Sequence record: PQ724394.1
Reading direction: 5' to 3' (one strand)
Origin: a phage
DNA: 64,000 nucleotides
The position numbers and the translations under genes are program-made. The notes under the pieces were generated by a model. It had not been told where the DNA came from. It did no database searches and worked only from the letters and a program-made list of their open reading frames with translations. Below, in pieces: positions 50,327-59,808 of this stretch (positions are counted from its first letter, which is position 1; each line of letters begins with the position of its first letter).

Positions 50327-50803
50327 TTATAAGGCGAGATACCAGCCGTTGTAATTACTCTTACGGACTAGCTTTTTGATGGATTCTCTGTCACCAGAGA
50401 ACTTAGGAGTGAACAGGACGTCGCCTGCCTCATTTACTGAAGTGTCGAATATAATTATACAATCTGCAACTTTATGATTCAAGAGCGGCCCCAGGTTAAT
50501 CCCTGTTCCATAAGGGAAGTCACCCGAGTATCCTGTAGTGCAGGAAATCCACTTAGAATCAGATTGGTGGGTCTTGACCTCTACACGTAGTCCACAGTAC
50601 ATAGGATGGGCTAAAACATCCCAGGCGTAGGTATAAGGGTCGTCATGGTCTTCCAGACCACTGTTGACGTATCCTTTCAACCAATCAGCAACCATGTACT
50701 CTGCATACGTCGCAATAACACACCTAGTCAATACTTCTTTCTTATCTTGGGATGGGTCTTGGCTTAAGGAATATAATACGGTATCCTTAATCTTGACCTT
50801 CAT
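50327..50803 (-). CDS. Hypothetical protein (158 aa from ATG 50803; track ORF 206 aa)
   Basis: Track ORF overlaps upstream gene by 130 nt; chosen start is first ATG after upstream stop. Start is ambiguous. Confidence 0.35.
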   Translation of the reverse strand: MKVKIKDTVLYSLSQDPSQDKKEVLTRCVIATYAEYMVADWLKGYVNSGLEDHDDPYTYAWDVLAHPMYCGLRVEVKTHQSDSKWISCTTGYSGDFPYGTGINLGPLLNHKVADCIIIFDTSVNEAGDVLFTPKFSGDRESIKKLVRKSNYNGWYLAL

Positions 50804-50816
50804 TTCACCCGTTAAA

Positions 50817-51143
50817 TCAGATGTCTTCAGGGTAAATGTCGGCATCTTCGACAGTCGAACTAGTCCCGGATTTGACGGATTCATAATCACCACCAATATA
50901 CAATTCTTCGACGTGAACATTACCAAAATAGATACGAGAGTTTTCACTCAATTTACTGTGGTCTAATTTTTTAAGGTTTTCAACTGAATCGAAAATCACG
51001 TCTGTTGCAAAAAGATGGCCTGTAGCTTTATCAGATTTGATTACATCTACACAATAAACCTTATCGGCCACATGATTACCTTGGAGATAACTATCTTTGA
51101 TATCTTCGTCGCCGACGTTCATGTAATTAATCATTTTACTCAC
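50817..51143 (-). CDS. Hypothetical acidic protein (108 aa)
   Basis: ORF. Confidence 0.4.
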   Translation of the reverse strand: MSKMINYMNVGDEDIKDSYLQGNHVADKVYCVDVIKSDKATGHLFATDVIFDSVENLKKLDHSKLSENSRIYFGNVHVEELYIGGDYESVKSGTSSTVEDADIYPEDI

Positions 51144-51333
51144 CGAAATAAGAAATACGAACCTCTAAACAATGAGCATATGCACCCATCGCATCTAGTT
51201 GTGCAATCAGTAACCCTTGTTGACGGATATCAAGAGTTTCAAAAACACCACCTTTAATAAACTCTTCGAGAGCATTAATTTTCAGGACCAGTTGGTCGTA
51301 TTCTTCAATTACACGTGCTTGGAAACCTAACAT
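51136..51333 (-). CDS. Hypothetical protein (65 aa)
   Basis: ORF with GAGGA RBS right after hairpin. Confidence 0.45.
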   Translation of the reverse strand: MLGFQARVIEEYDQLVLKINALEEFIKGGVFETLDIRQQGLLIAQLDAMGAYAHCLEVRISYFGE

Positions 51334-51345
51334 AATTCCTCATTA

Positions 51346-51361
51346 GGAGGCCGAAGCCTCC
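51346..51361 (-). terminator. UUCG-tetraloop hairpin after rIIB
   Basis: GGAGGC-cgaa-GCCTCC between rIIB stop and next gene RBS. Confidence 0.5.
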
Positions 51362-51371
51362 GTTTATTGGT

Positions 51372-52340
51372 TTAGTATTTGTATTCGTTTGCGAACTGTT
51401 CAGTGACGTCTTCCAGAACTTCATAATAACATACGCGCATTTTAGCATCACCGTAATCGACCGGGATACTAACAACATCACGCGGGTTAACTTTACATGA
51501 AACTACTTTACAGTTAGAGTTACCAAAGTGGCCAATATAGCTACGAGAGCAAACGTGCAGACCACTTGAACAAGTTACTTCGTCGTCATCATTTACACGT
51601 GAACGTGGCATTTTAACAGGTTTGCCTGGTGAGTTATCAAACGTACCGGTACGACAGTCGGTGTAATCGGAGTTAACAACTTTCCATGCGATAAAGTGAC
51701 CGTCTTCAGTGATTTTGATATCGTTTGCAACCAGGAAGTCGAACAGACGCTGTACAGCTTTTTCGCTCGGGTTTTCTAACAGGTTTTCAAGGAACGGCAG
51801 GTAGAATTCAAAATCTTCGCCATTTTCCATTGAGGTGATAATACGGTCAATCAACCCTGAACGCAATTCGATACCTTGATAAACCAGACGCCCACCTTCA
51901 ATACGAACGTTACCTTTAACGAAGGCCTTAACAGCTTCTTTAATGGAAATCAGTTTAATCGCATCATCAAAACGGGATTCTTTAAGAGCCTGTACGATGG
52001 CATCAAAATGTTTGTTCTTATTAGTAGTGTTCCATACTGTACGACCTTCAGTGATGGATACGAATTTAGAACTAGCATTCCAGATAATTTCAGGACGAGA
52101 ACCACCGATAGTAATATCAACCGGAACAAATCGAGGTTCGTTAGGAACAGTTACTTTGACATTTCCGGTAATAACCACTTGAGAACGTTTAACTTCTTCA
52201 GCATTTTTCAGGACTTTACGGACGGTATCAACCGAAACACTATACCAATCGGCTAGTTCCTTCTGAGTATAATTACCAGATGTATATAACTTAACGATTT
52301 CAACTTGCTCGGAGGCGGTCAAACACTTAATATTGTACAT
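51372..52340 (-). CDS. rIIB: rIIB membrane-associated protein
   Basis: MYNIKCLT..EQ.EIVKLY.SGNYTQ.ELADW..VSVDT.R.VLKNAEE and C-terminal ..KVNPRDVVSIPVDY.DAKMR.C.YEV.EDVTEQFAN match T4 rIIB. Confidence 0.9.
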   Translation of the reverse strand: MYNIKCLTASEQVEIVKLYTSGNYTQKELADWYSVSVDTVRKVLKNAEEVKRSQVVITGNVKVTVPNEPRFVPVDITIGGSRPEIIWNASSKFVSITEGRTVWNTTNKNKHFDAIVQALKESRFDDAIKLISIKEAVKAFVKGNVRIEGGRLVYQGIELRSGLIDRIITSMENGEDFEFYLPFLENLLENPSEKAVQRLFDFLVANDIKITEDGHFIAWKVVNSDYTDCRTGTFDNSPGKPVKMPRSRVNDDDEVTCSSGLHVCSRSYIGHFGNSNCKVVSCKVNPRDVVSIPVDYGDAKMRVCYYEVLEDVTEQFANEYKY

Positions 52341-52354
52341 AATATTTCCTTAGA

Positions 52355-54565
52355 TTAAGCCGCTTCCACGGCTTTCATGAATTTAACGATTTGAGCTACA
52401 GAAGCCTCGGTAATGGATGTTCCACGACGATACATGTAGTCCGAAACTAAATGGTAATCAGATTCAAACTGTATAGTCATTTTATCATTGTTACTTGAAG
52501 CATTCTCGGTTAACGTATAGAACGTCGTGTTGCAAATTTTCTTGATAACTGAAAGCTTGTCATCAGTGATATAGCCATGGAAATTCATGTAACGGAATAT
52601 ATCATAGAAATTACTCAGACGAGTATATGCTTCAGTCACCGGCTTATCACTGAAATACTTAGTCATGAAATTAAGTTGAGGGAACTTAGCAATGATTTCA
52701 AGGTAATACCGAGCTCGAGTATTGCTACCAAGGTAGTCGTCAATATCTACAGCATCCAATGCTTCGGCATAAGCTTCTAATGTGGTTTCCATCAAGCATT
52801 CGCATTGGCCTAACTTTTTAATCTTTTTGGCAATCTGAGGGCGAATGATATGGAATTCAGTAGCACCAATCAAATTAGCCATACGACACATAGTAGTGGT
52901 GTTGATGTCAAAGATACCATAAGCTTCGTCCATTCCCATGATATCAGAACGACTACCAAACAATACGTACCCTGTAATTTCTTCTGCTTCGGCAGCAGTT
53001 AAGTACAGGGTCTCTTGTTGCCAACGCCCGTCTTTAATGAACCAACGATAAGCACTTGGTGTTTTAGGACGAGGTTCGGATGAACGAACAGTAACCGGAA
53101 TCCAGGGCTTAACAATTTTATTCAGTTCAGAGACTTTATAAAAATGAATTGTATCGCCTTTAAAAAGTTCTTTAACCTTTTCAAGTTGTTGCATTTGCAA
53201 CATTGAATTCGGGTCGACGAAAATAAGGTCTGTTCTGTATTTAGGAATATTGTGCTCTTTAACAATTTTCTTGGCCGAAGCACTGTTGTCCATTGCTAAG
53301 GCCCAAAGTCCTCGAACTAATGGCACACGACCCTTTTCATCATCATAAACAATATGGATTTCTTTATTATTAATGCCTAATAAACCACTAAGTCCTGCTA
53401 CCGAAGAAGTATTACCACTCGGCTTAATTCGTTTCAAACGTGGGTCCATACAAACTTCGTAAACAACACCTAAATTAATAAGGTCGTTTTGAAGTGTGTA
53501 ACGTTGGTATAATTTCTCATATGTCAATTTTTCTGTAGTAAACAGGCTAGTCCCACCTTTTTTGGTAAGATAGTCACGAGCACTGTAACCAAGGTTAGAA
53601 AGGTCACGATAAACATGACGTGGATTATCAGATTCAACCCATTCCTGTGTATCGTTTTTAAAGACCAATGCATCCAAGGCTTCGATACGAGTTGCGATAT
53701 TTTCCATTGTGCGTTTATCAAGAGACAGCACTTCACGAGATGGAGCAATATCCAGCGAACCCATAGGGAACTTAATATAAACTACATCATGGCGAGTACG
53801 CATCCATGTGCCTTTAATATAAGCTGAATCCAATGGATAAACAATACCGCCATAAACAGCATAAAGTCCTGAACGTTCAAAATCTTTGTAACCTGTATCT
53901 GTTACAGCATAGTAGTCTTCAAATTCAGGGAAATAATCAACTTCGGCCCCATCAACATCACCAAGTCCAATGAACGGACGCATGATATATCGAACTTCAG
54001 TTTCAAACTTACGGAAATCTTCTTCGTCGACAGGAACCGTGATTTCGATACCTGTTTTGTCGCCTGGTTGCATTGGTTCTACGAAAGTAGGTTTAATCTG
54101 CGGCCCATCACCATCCATATAAGCTACATAACCGCGAACTTCACCATTATGCCAGGATGTAATATTAAACGTTTCGGTATAACTGAACGGGGATTTAGAA
54201 CCAAGGCCAAAACCGCCAATGAAATCGTTAGAAGCAGTTTTAGATGATGCGAAATAAGAGTTATACAAACCGGTTTCGTTTTCATCACCACGAATCTGGA
54301 AATCGCTCATGCCTGGTCCGAAATCACGACATACAAAGCGTGGGTCTAGCTTACCAGGAACCTGTACTTTCCAACGTTCTTTATTACCATTCAGAATATG
54401 AGCATCAATCATGTTGGTAATTAGTTCACGAACTACAGCACGTACCTTATTACTATAAAGGTCTGATGAAAGAATTTTAAAGACCTTAGGCGAGGCCTGG
54501 ATAGTAAATCCTGTGGACTTAGAGCCGTTGCCAATGATTTGTTCTTTTTCGGTTTCAATAATCAT
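52355..54565 (-). CDS. rIIA: rIIA protein
   Basis: 736 aa; position upstream of rIIB; T4 rIIA-like length. Confidence 0.85.
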   Translation of the reverse strand: MIIETEKEQIIGNGSKSTGFTIQASPKVFKILSSDLYSNKVRAVVRELITNMIDAHILNGNKERWKVQVPGKLDPRFVCRDFGPGMSDFQIRGDENETGLYNSYFASSKTASNDFIGGFGLGSKSPFSYTETFNITSWHNGEVRGYVAYMDGDGPQIKPTFVEPMQPGDKTGIEITVPVDEEDFRKFETEVRYIMRPFIGLGDVDGAEVDYFPEFEDYYAVTDTGYKDFERSGLYAVYGGIVYPLDSAYIKGTWMRTRHDVVYIKFPMGSLDIAPSREVLSLDKRTMENIATRIEALDALVFKNDTQEWVESDNPRHVYRDLSNLGYSARDYLTKKGGTSLFTTEKLTYEKLYQRYTLQNDLINLGVVYEVCMDPRLKRIKPSGNTSSVAGLSGLLGINNKEIHIVYDDEKGRVPLVRGLWALAMDNSASAKKIVKEHNIPKYRTDLIFVDPNSMLQMQQLEKVKELFKGDTIHFYKVSELNKIVKPWIPVTVRSSEPRPKTPSAYRWFIKDGRWQQETLYLTAAEAEEITGYVLFGSRSDIMGMDEAYGIFDINTTTMCRMANLIGATEFHIIRPQIAKKIKKLGQCECLMETTLEAYAEALDAVDIDDYLGSNTRARYYLEIIAKFPQLNFMTKYFSDKPVTEAYTRLSNFYDIFRYMNFHGYITDDKLSVIKKICNTTFYTLTENASSNNDKMTIQFESDYHLVSDYMYRRGTSITEASVAQIVKFMKAVEAA

Positions 54566-54572
54566 ATTTTTC

Positions 54573-54776
54573 TCAATTCAGGTTACGTTTAAAAATATCT
54601 GCTACTTCAAGGAGCTCTTCCTTAGTAGCGATGTCGTTGAGTATTTTATATCTGATTTCTTTAAAGCGTTCTTTAAAATCTTCAGCTGCATTGATATCAA
54701 AAAATCTCTGGATTAGCCGGAATTCTTTGTGGACAGCTTTATCAAACAAATCAATGTTGACTTTAAAGTTTGTCAT
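54573..54776 (-). CDS. Hypothetical protein (67 aa)
   Basis: ORF directly upstream of rIIA. Confidence 0.45.
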   Translation of the reverse strand: MTNFKVNIDLFDKAVHKEFRLIQRFFDINAAEDFKERFKEIRYKILNDIATKEELLEVADIFKRNLN

Positions 54777-55086
54777 TTTTAACTACCTCATGTTGAACAT
54801 ATTCTCTGGTAGAACCCAGTTCAGCCAGAATTCTTCTCATAGAACCCATTGTACTTTTGTGCTCTCTGTGGCGATACAATATCTCTAAAACCTTTTCCTG
54901 GACAACAGGAGAGAGTGCCTGGTTATCTTTAATCTTTAAGGCAATAGATTTTACAGCCTTGAGATATTCTAGTCCCTTACCGCTCGTAATCACTACTCCT
55001 TCATCTTTACAGTTACGAATGGCAGTCTCCATAAAAGACAAAGCCAAGTTATCAGTATTCACTATACTATTATCTTGCATAATCAT
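54763..55086 (-). CDS. Hypothetical protein (107 aa)
   Basis: ORF. Confidence 0.45.
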   Translation of the reverse strand: MIMQDNSIVNTDNLALSFMETAIRNCKDEGVVITSGKGLEYLKAVKSIALKIKDNQALSPVVQEKVLEILYRHREHKSTMGSMRRILAELGSTREYVQHEVVKNDKL

Positions 55087-55141
55087 ATTCTCACCTCTTA
55101 GAGAATCGTATCACACTTTTAATCTGTTGTAAACCCCGAAA

Positions 55142-55157
55142 AGGGCCTTGCGGCCCT
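55142..55157 (-). terminator. GNRA-tetraloop hairpin + U-run (terminator candidate)
   Basis: AGGGCC-ttgc-GGCCCT; on minus transcript GGGCCGCAAGGCCC then UUUUC. Confidence 0.55.
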
Positions 55158-55160
55158 TAA

Positions 55161-55322
55161 TTAGATGCTTGAATCGACTCTATAAACTTGACCACGGGTT
55201 TGGTAAACTTCGCCGTCCCATGTTTCAACTGTGATAGTAACGTACTCGGCAAAAAGAGGACGTGTATCTGTCCAGAGATAACCATATTCACCTGTGACGA
55301 GCGTAACCCAGTACTTTCTCAT
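55161..55322 (-). CDS. Small protein (53 aa), not in ORF track
   Basis: MRKYWVTLVTGEYGYLWTDTRPLFAEYVTITVETWDGEVYQTRGQVYRVDSSI; strong AAGGAG RBS; followed by terminator. Confidence 0.45.
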   Translation of the reverse strand: MRKYWVTLVTGEYGYLWTDTRPLFAEYVTITVETWDGEVYQTRGQVYRVDSSI

Positions 55323-55364
55323 AAAGTCTCCTTTTATACGGTACTCATGTACCGTACGTATTTA

Positions 55365-57182
55365 TTATGACATCCAAGCCTTACGCAGCTGTGGGTCGTT
55401 TCCAAGGAGCATTTCGAACTGGTCTTTCCAATCTTCAGGTAATTGAACTACATCGAATTTAGGGTCTTGAATCATTCGACGGTATTCAGCCTTCTCAAGA
55501 GAACCGAGACCTTTAATATAACGAATAGAATGTTTTGGTAGAGAGTCCTTAGCTTTGGTATAACTAGGTACATCATAGAACCATTCCTGTTCTTTACCAA
55601 CCTGGGCAATGATTACAGGAGTCTTACAGAAACGAATTCGTCCCTGTTCGAACAATTCCGGCCACTGACTAAAGAAAGCTAATAACGAAGGATAAATCGA
55701 ACCGGTACCATCCACATCGGCGTCAGTCATGATAGCGATATTACGATAGTTGGTTTTATCTGCGGGTTCACCAATAACCAGTCCAGTGATTGCACAGATA
55801 TCAAACAATTCTTTGTTCTTCATGATATCGGCAGCAGTCATACCCCAGGTATTCATAACCTTTCCGCGTAACGGATAACCACCTTGGAGGTCTTTATTAC
55901 GAACTTCAATAAAAGGGCCCATTGCGGAATCACCTTCCGTAAGGAATAAAGTCGTATCAGCATCTTTGCCATACATATTGGCTTTAATATGCTTATGGAC
56001 CTTGGCTTTCAAAGCTTTCTTAGCAGCTTTTGTTTCGGCGGCTTTTTCAGCAGCGAGTTTACGTGCTAAAGCTGCTTCGACAATAGGCATAATCAACCCA
56101 TCGACCTTAAGAATAGCCGTTGCAATTTTCTTAGCATCAATTTGGATATGGTTACGAATCTCACCAAACGGAGAGGTTAATCGCTCTTTAGTCTGTGAAT
56201 CAAAACGCATATTGCTCATATCACGAATGAACATTACCATAGTAAGGCATTCTTTAACACGGGCCTTAGTTACTTCGATTCCTTTATATTTCTTTTTAAT
56301 ACCAGGCAGAAGATGCTCACAGATATCATCAAACACACATTCAACGTGGTGACCACCGTTCTTAGTATGGATATTGTTTACATACGTCAGTTGACGGAAC
56401 CCGTCCGGAGAAGGAGTAAATGCCATCGAAACATTATCAGTTTCTTGGATTACAAAGTCTTCACCAAATTGCTTAGCATACTTTTTAAAGTTACCATCTA
56501 CTTTTTTACCATTAAAAGTAAATTGGATATCTGGATAAATTACGGCCAGTGTTTGAAGGCGGTCTAATGTAATATCCAGATAAATTTGGGACAGGCTATT
56601 TTCTTCGAAATGGTTAAAGTCTGGGGTGAATATAACCGAAGTACCCTTACCTTTAGATTTCTTAGTAGACCAACCTTTGTTTTCCATTCCATTGGAACAG
56701 TTAACAGTAATCTCATTCTCACCATCAGAGGTGATGCCTGTGAACAAAACAGAGAAGATATTAGTTAAACTACTACCAACACCGTTCATGCCGCCCGTCT
56801 TACGCTCAGCGTCATCTCCAAAGTTACCACCGGCCTTTGGAATAGTCCATGCAGCTACAGGACCCGGAATTTGTTCACCATTTTGGTCGGTAACCATTGC
56901 TTGAGGAATACCACGGCCATTATCAGAAACTGAAACCTGATTATTCTTAATTTGGACATCAATTTTATTTGCGAATTTAAAATTGGTACGAATAGCTTCA
57001 TCGACAGAGTTATCAATGATTTCGTCAATTAATTTAACCAGTCCAGGAACATAGTTCACCTGGGTAAAATTACCAAACAGGAATCGACCGTGAGCTTCAT
57101 TAGCACTTGAGCCAATATACATCCCACTACGTTTTTTGATATGTTCAATGTCGGACAGTACTTTAATTTCATTCTTAATCAT
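55365..57182 (-). CDS. 39: DNA topoisomerase II large subunit gp39 (GyrB-like), one contiguous 605-aa ORF
   Basis: GHKL ATPase and TOPRIM-like regions (e.g. EGDSA); single uninterrupted ORF. Confidence 0.9.
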   Translation of the reverse strand: MIKNEIKVLSDIEHIKKRSGMYIGSSANEAHGRFLFGNFTQVNYVPGLVKLIDEIIDNSVDEAIRTNFKFANKIDVQIKNNQVSVSDNGRGIPQAMVTDQNGEQIPGPVAAWTIPKAGGNFGDDAERKTGGMNGVGSSLTNIFSVLFTGITSDGENEITVNCSNGMENKGWSTKKSKGKGTSVIFTPDFNHFEENSLSQIYLDITLDRLQTLAVIYPDIQFTFNGKKVDGNFKKYAKQFGEDFVIQETDNVSMAFTPSPDGFRQLTYVNNIHTKNGGHHVECVFDDICEHLLPGIKKKYKGIEVTKARVKECLTMVMFIRDMSNMRFDSQTKERLTSPFGEIRNHIQIDAKKIATAILKVDGLIMPIVEAALARKLAAEKAAETKAAKKALKAKVHKHIKANMYGKDADTTLFLTEGDSAMGPFIEVRNKDLQGGYPLRGKVMNTWGMTAADIMKNKELFDICAITGLVIGEPADKTNYRNIAIMTDADVDGTGSIYPSLLAFFSQWPELFEQGRIRFCKTPVIIAQVGKEQEWFYDVPSYTKAKDSLPKHSIRYIKGLGSLEKAEYRRMIQDPKFDVVQLPEDWKDQFEMLLGNDPQLRKAWMS

Positions 57183-57206
57183 GTTATTTCCTCATGTAGT
57201 AGGAGA

Positions 57207-57231
57207 ATATTATCCCATTTCACTTAAAGCA
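57207..57231 (-). promoter_or_regulatory. MotA-dependent middle promoter candidate for gene 39 (TGCTTTA, 12 nt, TAATAT)
   Basis: Minus strand TGCTTTA 57231-57225, TAATAT 57212-57207. Confidence 0.5.
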
Positions 57232-57234
57232 TAA

Positions 57235-57250
57235 AAGGGCCGAAGCCCTT
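57235..57250 (-). terminator. Rho-independent terminator (UUCG hairpin + UUUUAU) after lipoprotein gene
   Basis: AAGGGC-cgaa-GCCCTT. Confidence 0.6.
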
Positions 57251-57509
57251 AATCAAATCGAATGGTCGACTTTTTAAAGAATAACCCAGAACAAACTGTT
57301 CCTTCAACCCTTTTACCTGTCGGCCCTACAGCAATAAAGCCTGTACGCTGGAAATCATCTTCAGAACAGCCAAATAAGTTGTATCCTGTGATTTGGATTT
57401 GTTCGTAGCCATTTGCATCCAATACACGGGTGGCATTATCGGCATCAGTACAACCAACCAACGAAACTGCTAGTACAAGAGCTGCAATAGAACGATTAAC
57501 ATATTTCAT
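57249..57509 (-). CDS. Predicted lipoprotein (86 aa)
   Basis: Signal peptide with lipobox LVGC (MKYVNRSIAALVLAVSLVGCTD..). Confidence 0.55.
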   Translation of the reverse strand: MKYVNRSIAALVLAVSLVGCTDADNATRVLDANGYEQIQITGYNLFGCSEDDFQRTGFIAVGPTGKRVEGTVCSGLFFKKSTIRFD

Positions 57510-57515
57510 AATTTC

Positions 57516-57692
57516 TCACTTAGTTAGCAGGTCATAGAACCCGCCGTTAACATGTTTAGGAGCTGAAACTAACCGAACAGCCAGCCGATGGCAATCAGGG
57601 CAAACATCATTATCTCTTTCAGAGATTTTCTTGATTTTTTCGTATTCTTTTGCACAGTCTTCGGATTGGCATTTGTAATCATAAAGCGGCAT
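57516..57692 (-). CDS. Small zinc-ribbon protein, FmdB-like (58 aa), not in ORF track
   Basis: MPLYDYKCQSEDC...CPDC: two CxxC pairs with the Y.YKC N-terminal pattern of FmdB-family zinc ribbons. Confidence 0.5.
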   Translation of the reverse strand: MPLYDYKCQSEDCAKEYEKIKKISERDNDVCPDCHRLAVRLVSAPKHVNGGFYDLLTK

Positions 57693-57693
57693 A

Positions 57694-58131
57694 TTATTCC
57701 TTAAAGTGGGCTTTCAACATCTGGTAAACTGTCCAGGCTTCAGAATTATTAGAGATAGTGATTTTAGTCAAAGGGAAATCACTCGGTTCAGATGGGGCTG
57801 CGTCTTCAGACTGGTCTTCGTCTTCAGAAAAACCATCTTCGGCCCATTCGTCTTCACTGTCAACTACAACCATTTCCGTAAAGAATTTACGCTCGCTTGG
57901 ATATAAAACCATATCAATGTTATCACCATAAGCCAAGTCCACGTTCATCACATAACCTGCCGCTAATCTAACAGGGCAAAAACCTTCAGCATTGACAATA
58001 ATATCGGCTAAGCTAGAATTATCAGGATTCCTAATATTATGGGCATTCAGCTTACGGAATTCAGCTTCTGCCGCGTCATCTTTAAAATAGTACCATTTAC
58101 CTTTTTCAAATTCGAGTTCTTGATTAAGCAT
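57694..58131 (-). CDS. Hypothetical protein with acidic C-terminal tract (146 aa from internal ATG)
   Basis: ATG 58131 with GGAAGGAA RBS; DSEDEWAEDGFSEDEDQSED tract. Confidence 0.45.
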   Translation of the reverse strand: MLNQELEFEKGKWYYFKDDAAEAEFRKLNAHNIRNPDNSSLADIIVNAEGFCPVRLAAGYVMNVDLAYGDNIDMVLYPSERKFFTEMVVVDSEDEWAEDGFSEDEDQSEDAAPSEPSDFPLTKITISNNSEAWTVYQMLKAHFKE

Positions 58132-58342
58132 TGTAAGTTTCCTTCCAGAAGTCGGTGCCTTCAGCAGTGATTTCACGGAACACTGCATAGATAGGATTTT
58201 TATCACCTTGATTTTCGTATACATAAACCGACGATAAATGAGAAAACGTATCAGAATGTTCCTTTTGAACCACGATTAAATCAGGGTTGAACAGAACATC
58301 TTCAAATTCTTCACGAGTCGAGTTCACAGTAACTTTAGCCAT
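58124..58342 (-). CDS. Hypothetical protein (72 aa)
   Basis: ORF with cassette upstream. Confidence 0.45.
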   Translation of the reverse strand: MAKVTVNSTREEFEDVLFNPDLIVVQKEHSDTFSHLSSVYVYENQGDKNPIYAVFREITAEGTDFWKETYNA

Positions 58343-58415
58343 TTTATTTTCCTCTCATTTGTTGATAGGGTAATCTTATCACTACCCTACCGTATTGTAT
58401 ACTGTTTTTTAACCT

Positions 58416-58979
58416 TTATGCACGGTGAATGTTAGCATATTCAACAATAAAGCTTTCAGGAACAACCTTAAAGGTTCCAAGGAACACGATGTTATAGAGC
58501 TTAACGCCACCTTCAACCCACTGGTCTGTGATGTAACCAGACATGCTACTGGTTTCGTAAGTACCAAAAGGTTCGTCAACATATTTGAACGGTTTAGGAG
58601 TATTAAAACACACTCCTCGACCTAATTTCCATTTGAAATCAACGCCAACATGAGACTGGTCGATGGTTTCAACGTCTTGAGCTACTACGCCGCGAATATC
58701 ATTGCTTTCACATACATACCCATCATGGGATTCAACTTCTTCAACCACTGGGGTATGAACAAGTTCAGGAACTATTGGACGCGCTTTCCAGCCCTTAGGA
58801 ATCAAAGTGACATGGCGTTCTTTAACATAACCTACAATTGAAGAAACGAAACCACTGGAACGAAATGCCTGGACTTTAACAAGACCACGAGAGAAATTGA
58901 ATCCAATAATAATACATTTTTTACCAGCAACTTTAGATTTAGAATCTTCGGAAACCGTTACGATATCACCAATTTTCAT
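58416..58979 (-). CDS. Hypothetical protein (187 aa), shares C-terminal domain with next gene
   Basis: C-terminus ..ITDQWVEGGVKLYNIVFLGTFKVVPESFIV similar to 59057-59806 C-terminus. Confidence 0.5.
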   Translation of the reverse strand: MKIGDIVTVSEDSKSKVAGKKCIIIGFNFSRGLVKVQAFRSSGFVSSIVGYVKERHVTLIPKGWKARPIVPELVHTPVVEEVESHDGYVCESNDIRGVVAQDVETIDQSHVGVDFKWKLGRGVCFNTPKPFKYVDEPFGTYETSSMSGYITDQWVEGGVKLYNIVFLGTFKVVPESFIVEYANIHRA

Positions 58980-59056
58980 AATATTACCTTTTGTTTAGGA
59001 ATTAGGTTTATTCTCCATAAGAGCCATTATAACATGGCCCTCGATAAAGTAAACTA

Positions 59057-59806
59057 TTAATTCAATACATTAACCACTGCACTACGAGGTACTACGCTAA
59101 AATCACCAGCATGTACAACGTTCAGCAGCTCAACACCATCTTCAACCCACTGGTCTGTTACCCATCCACAGATAGGATTATCAAAAGGACGACGGATAGC
59201 CACAGCAGCACACAACAGGTCGGTAGGGCCTTGTTCTTCAACTTCTTGGAACAGGATGAACTCATCTTCATAAACCAGGTTTTTCTCTATTTTGTTATTA
59301 TCTAACCGGCGACCGTGGACGACGTAAGATTTGTCAAACCACTCACTTTTGGCGAATTCTTCAACAATAAATTCGCCTTCGCCAAAAACATAAGTCAGAG
59401 TTTTATAACCGGAAATCAAGGCTTTAGTTTTAAATTCAGGTTCAACCAGTTTATAGGTTTTGCCGATTTCGATAGTCTGAGTAGTCATAGTGGGTTCCTT
59501 AATTTCCAGTGGTTTAACAAGAGTGCCGTACATGCTTGCAATGTCAAAATCAATTAGTTGCTTTGGAGCTAAGCTAATAAAAGCATCAATTTCTCGTTGC
59601 GACAATCGAATAGTATGGATATCCGGAACACCGCACTCTTGAACTGTCACAGATTTAATGTTATCAAACTCGTCGGGTTCAATAGAAAGAATACGAAATT
59701 CGTTTCCTTTAGTCATCTTTTTAAGGATGTCATAAGCTTGGTTGTAGAGCTTAAGGTCTGCAAATGGCGTAATAATATATTTGGCATTCGGATCGAAAGT
59801 ATTCAT
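59057..59806 (-). CDS. Hypothetical protein (249 aa), shares C-terminal domain with previous gene
   Basis: C-terminus ..VTDQWVEDGVELLNVVHAGDFSVVPRSAVV. Confidence 0.5.
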   Translation of the reverse strand: MNTFDPNAKYIITPFADLKLYNQAYDILKKMTKGNEFRILSIEPDEFDNIKSVTVQECGVPDIHTIRLSQREIDAFISLAPKQLIDFDIASMYGTLVKPLEIKEPTMTTQTIEIGKTYKLVEPEFKTKALISGYKTLTYVFGEGEFIVEEFAKSEWFDKSYVVHGRRLDNNKIEKNLVYEDEFILFQEVEEQGPTDLLCAAVAIRRPFDNPICGWVTDQWVEDGVELLNVVHAGDFSVVPRSAVVNVLN

Positions 59807-59808
59807 AA

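Noticed and set aside
50327-50947. Calling the 206-aa ORF endonuclease IV (denB) because a start at an internal Met would give a T4 DenB-like length.
   Set aside because: Length coincidence only; it is not adjacent to rIIB, that start would overlap the upstream gene by ~70 nt, and I recognise no DenB motif. Left as hypothetical.
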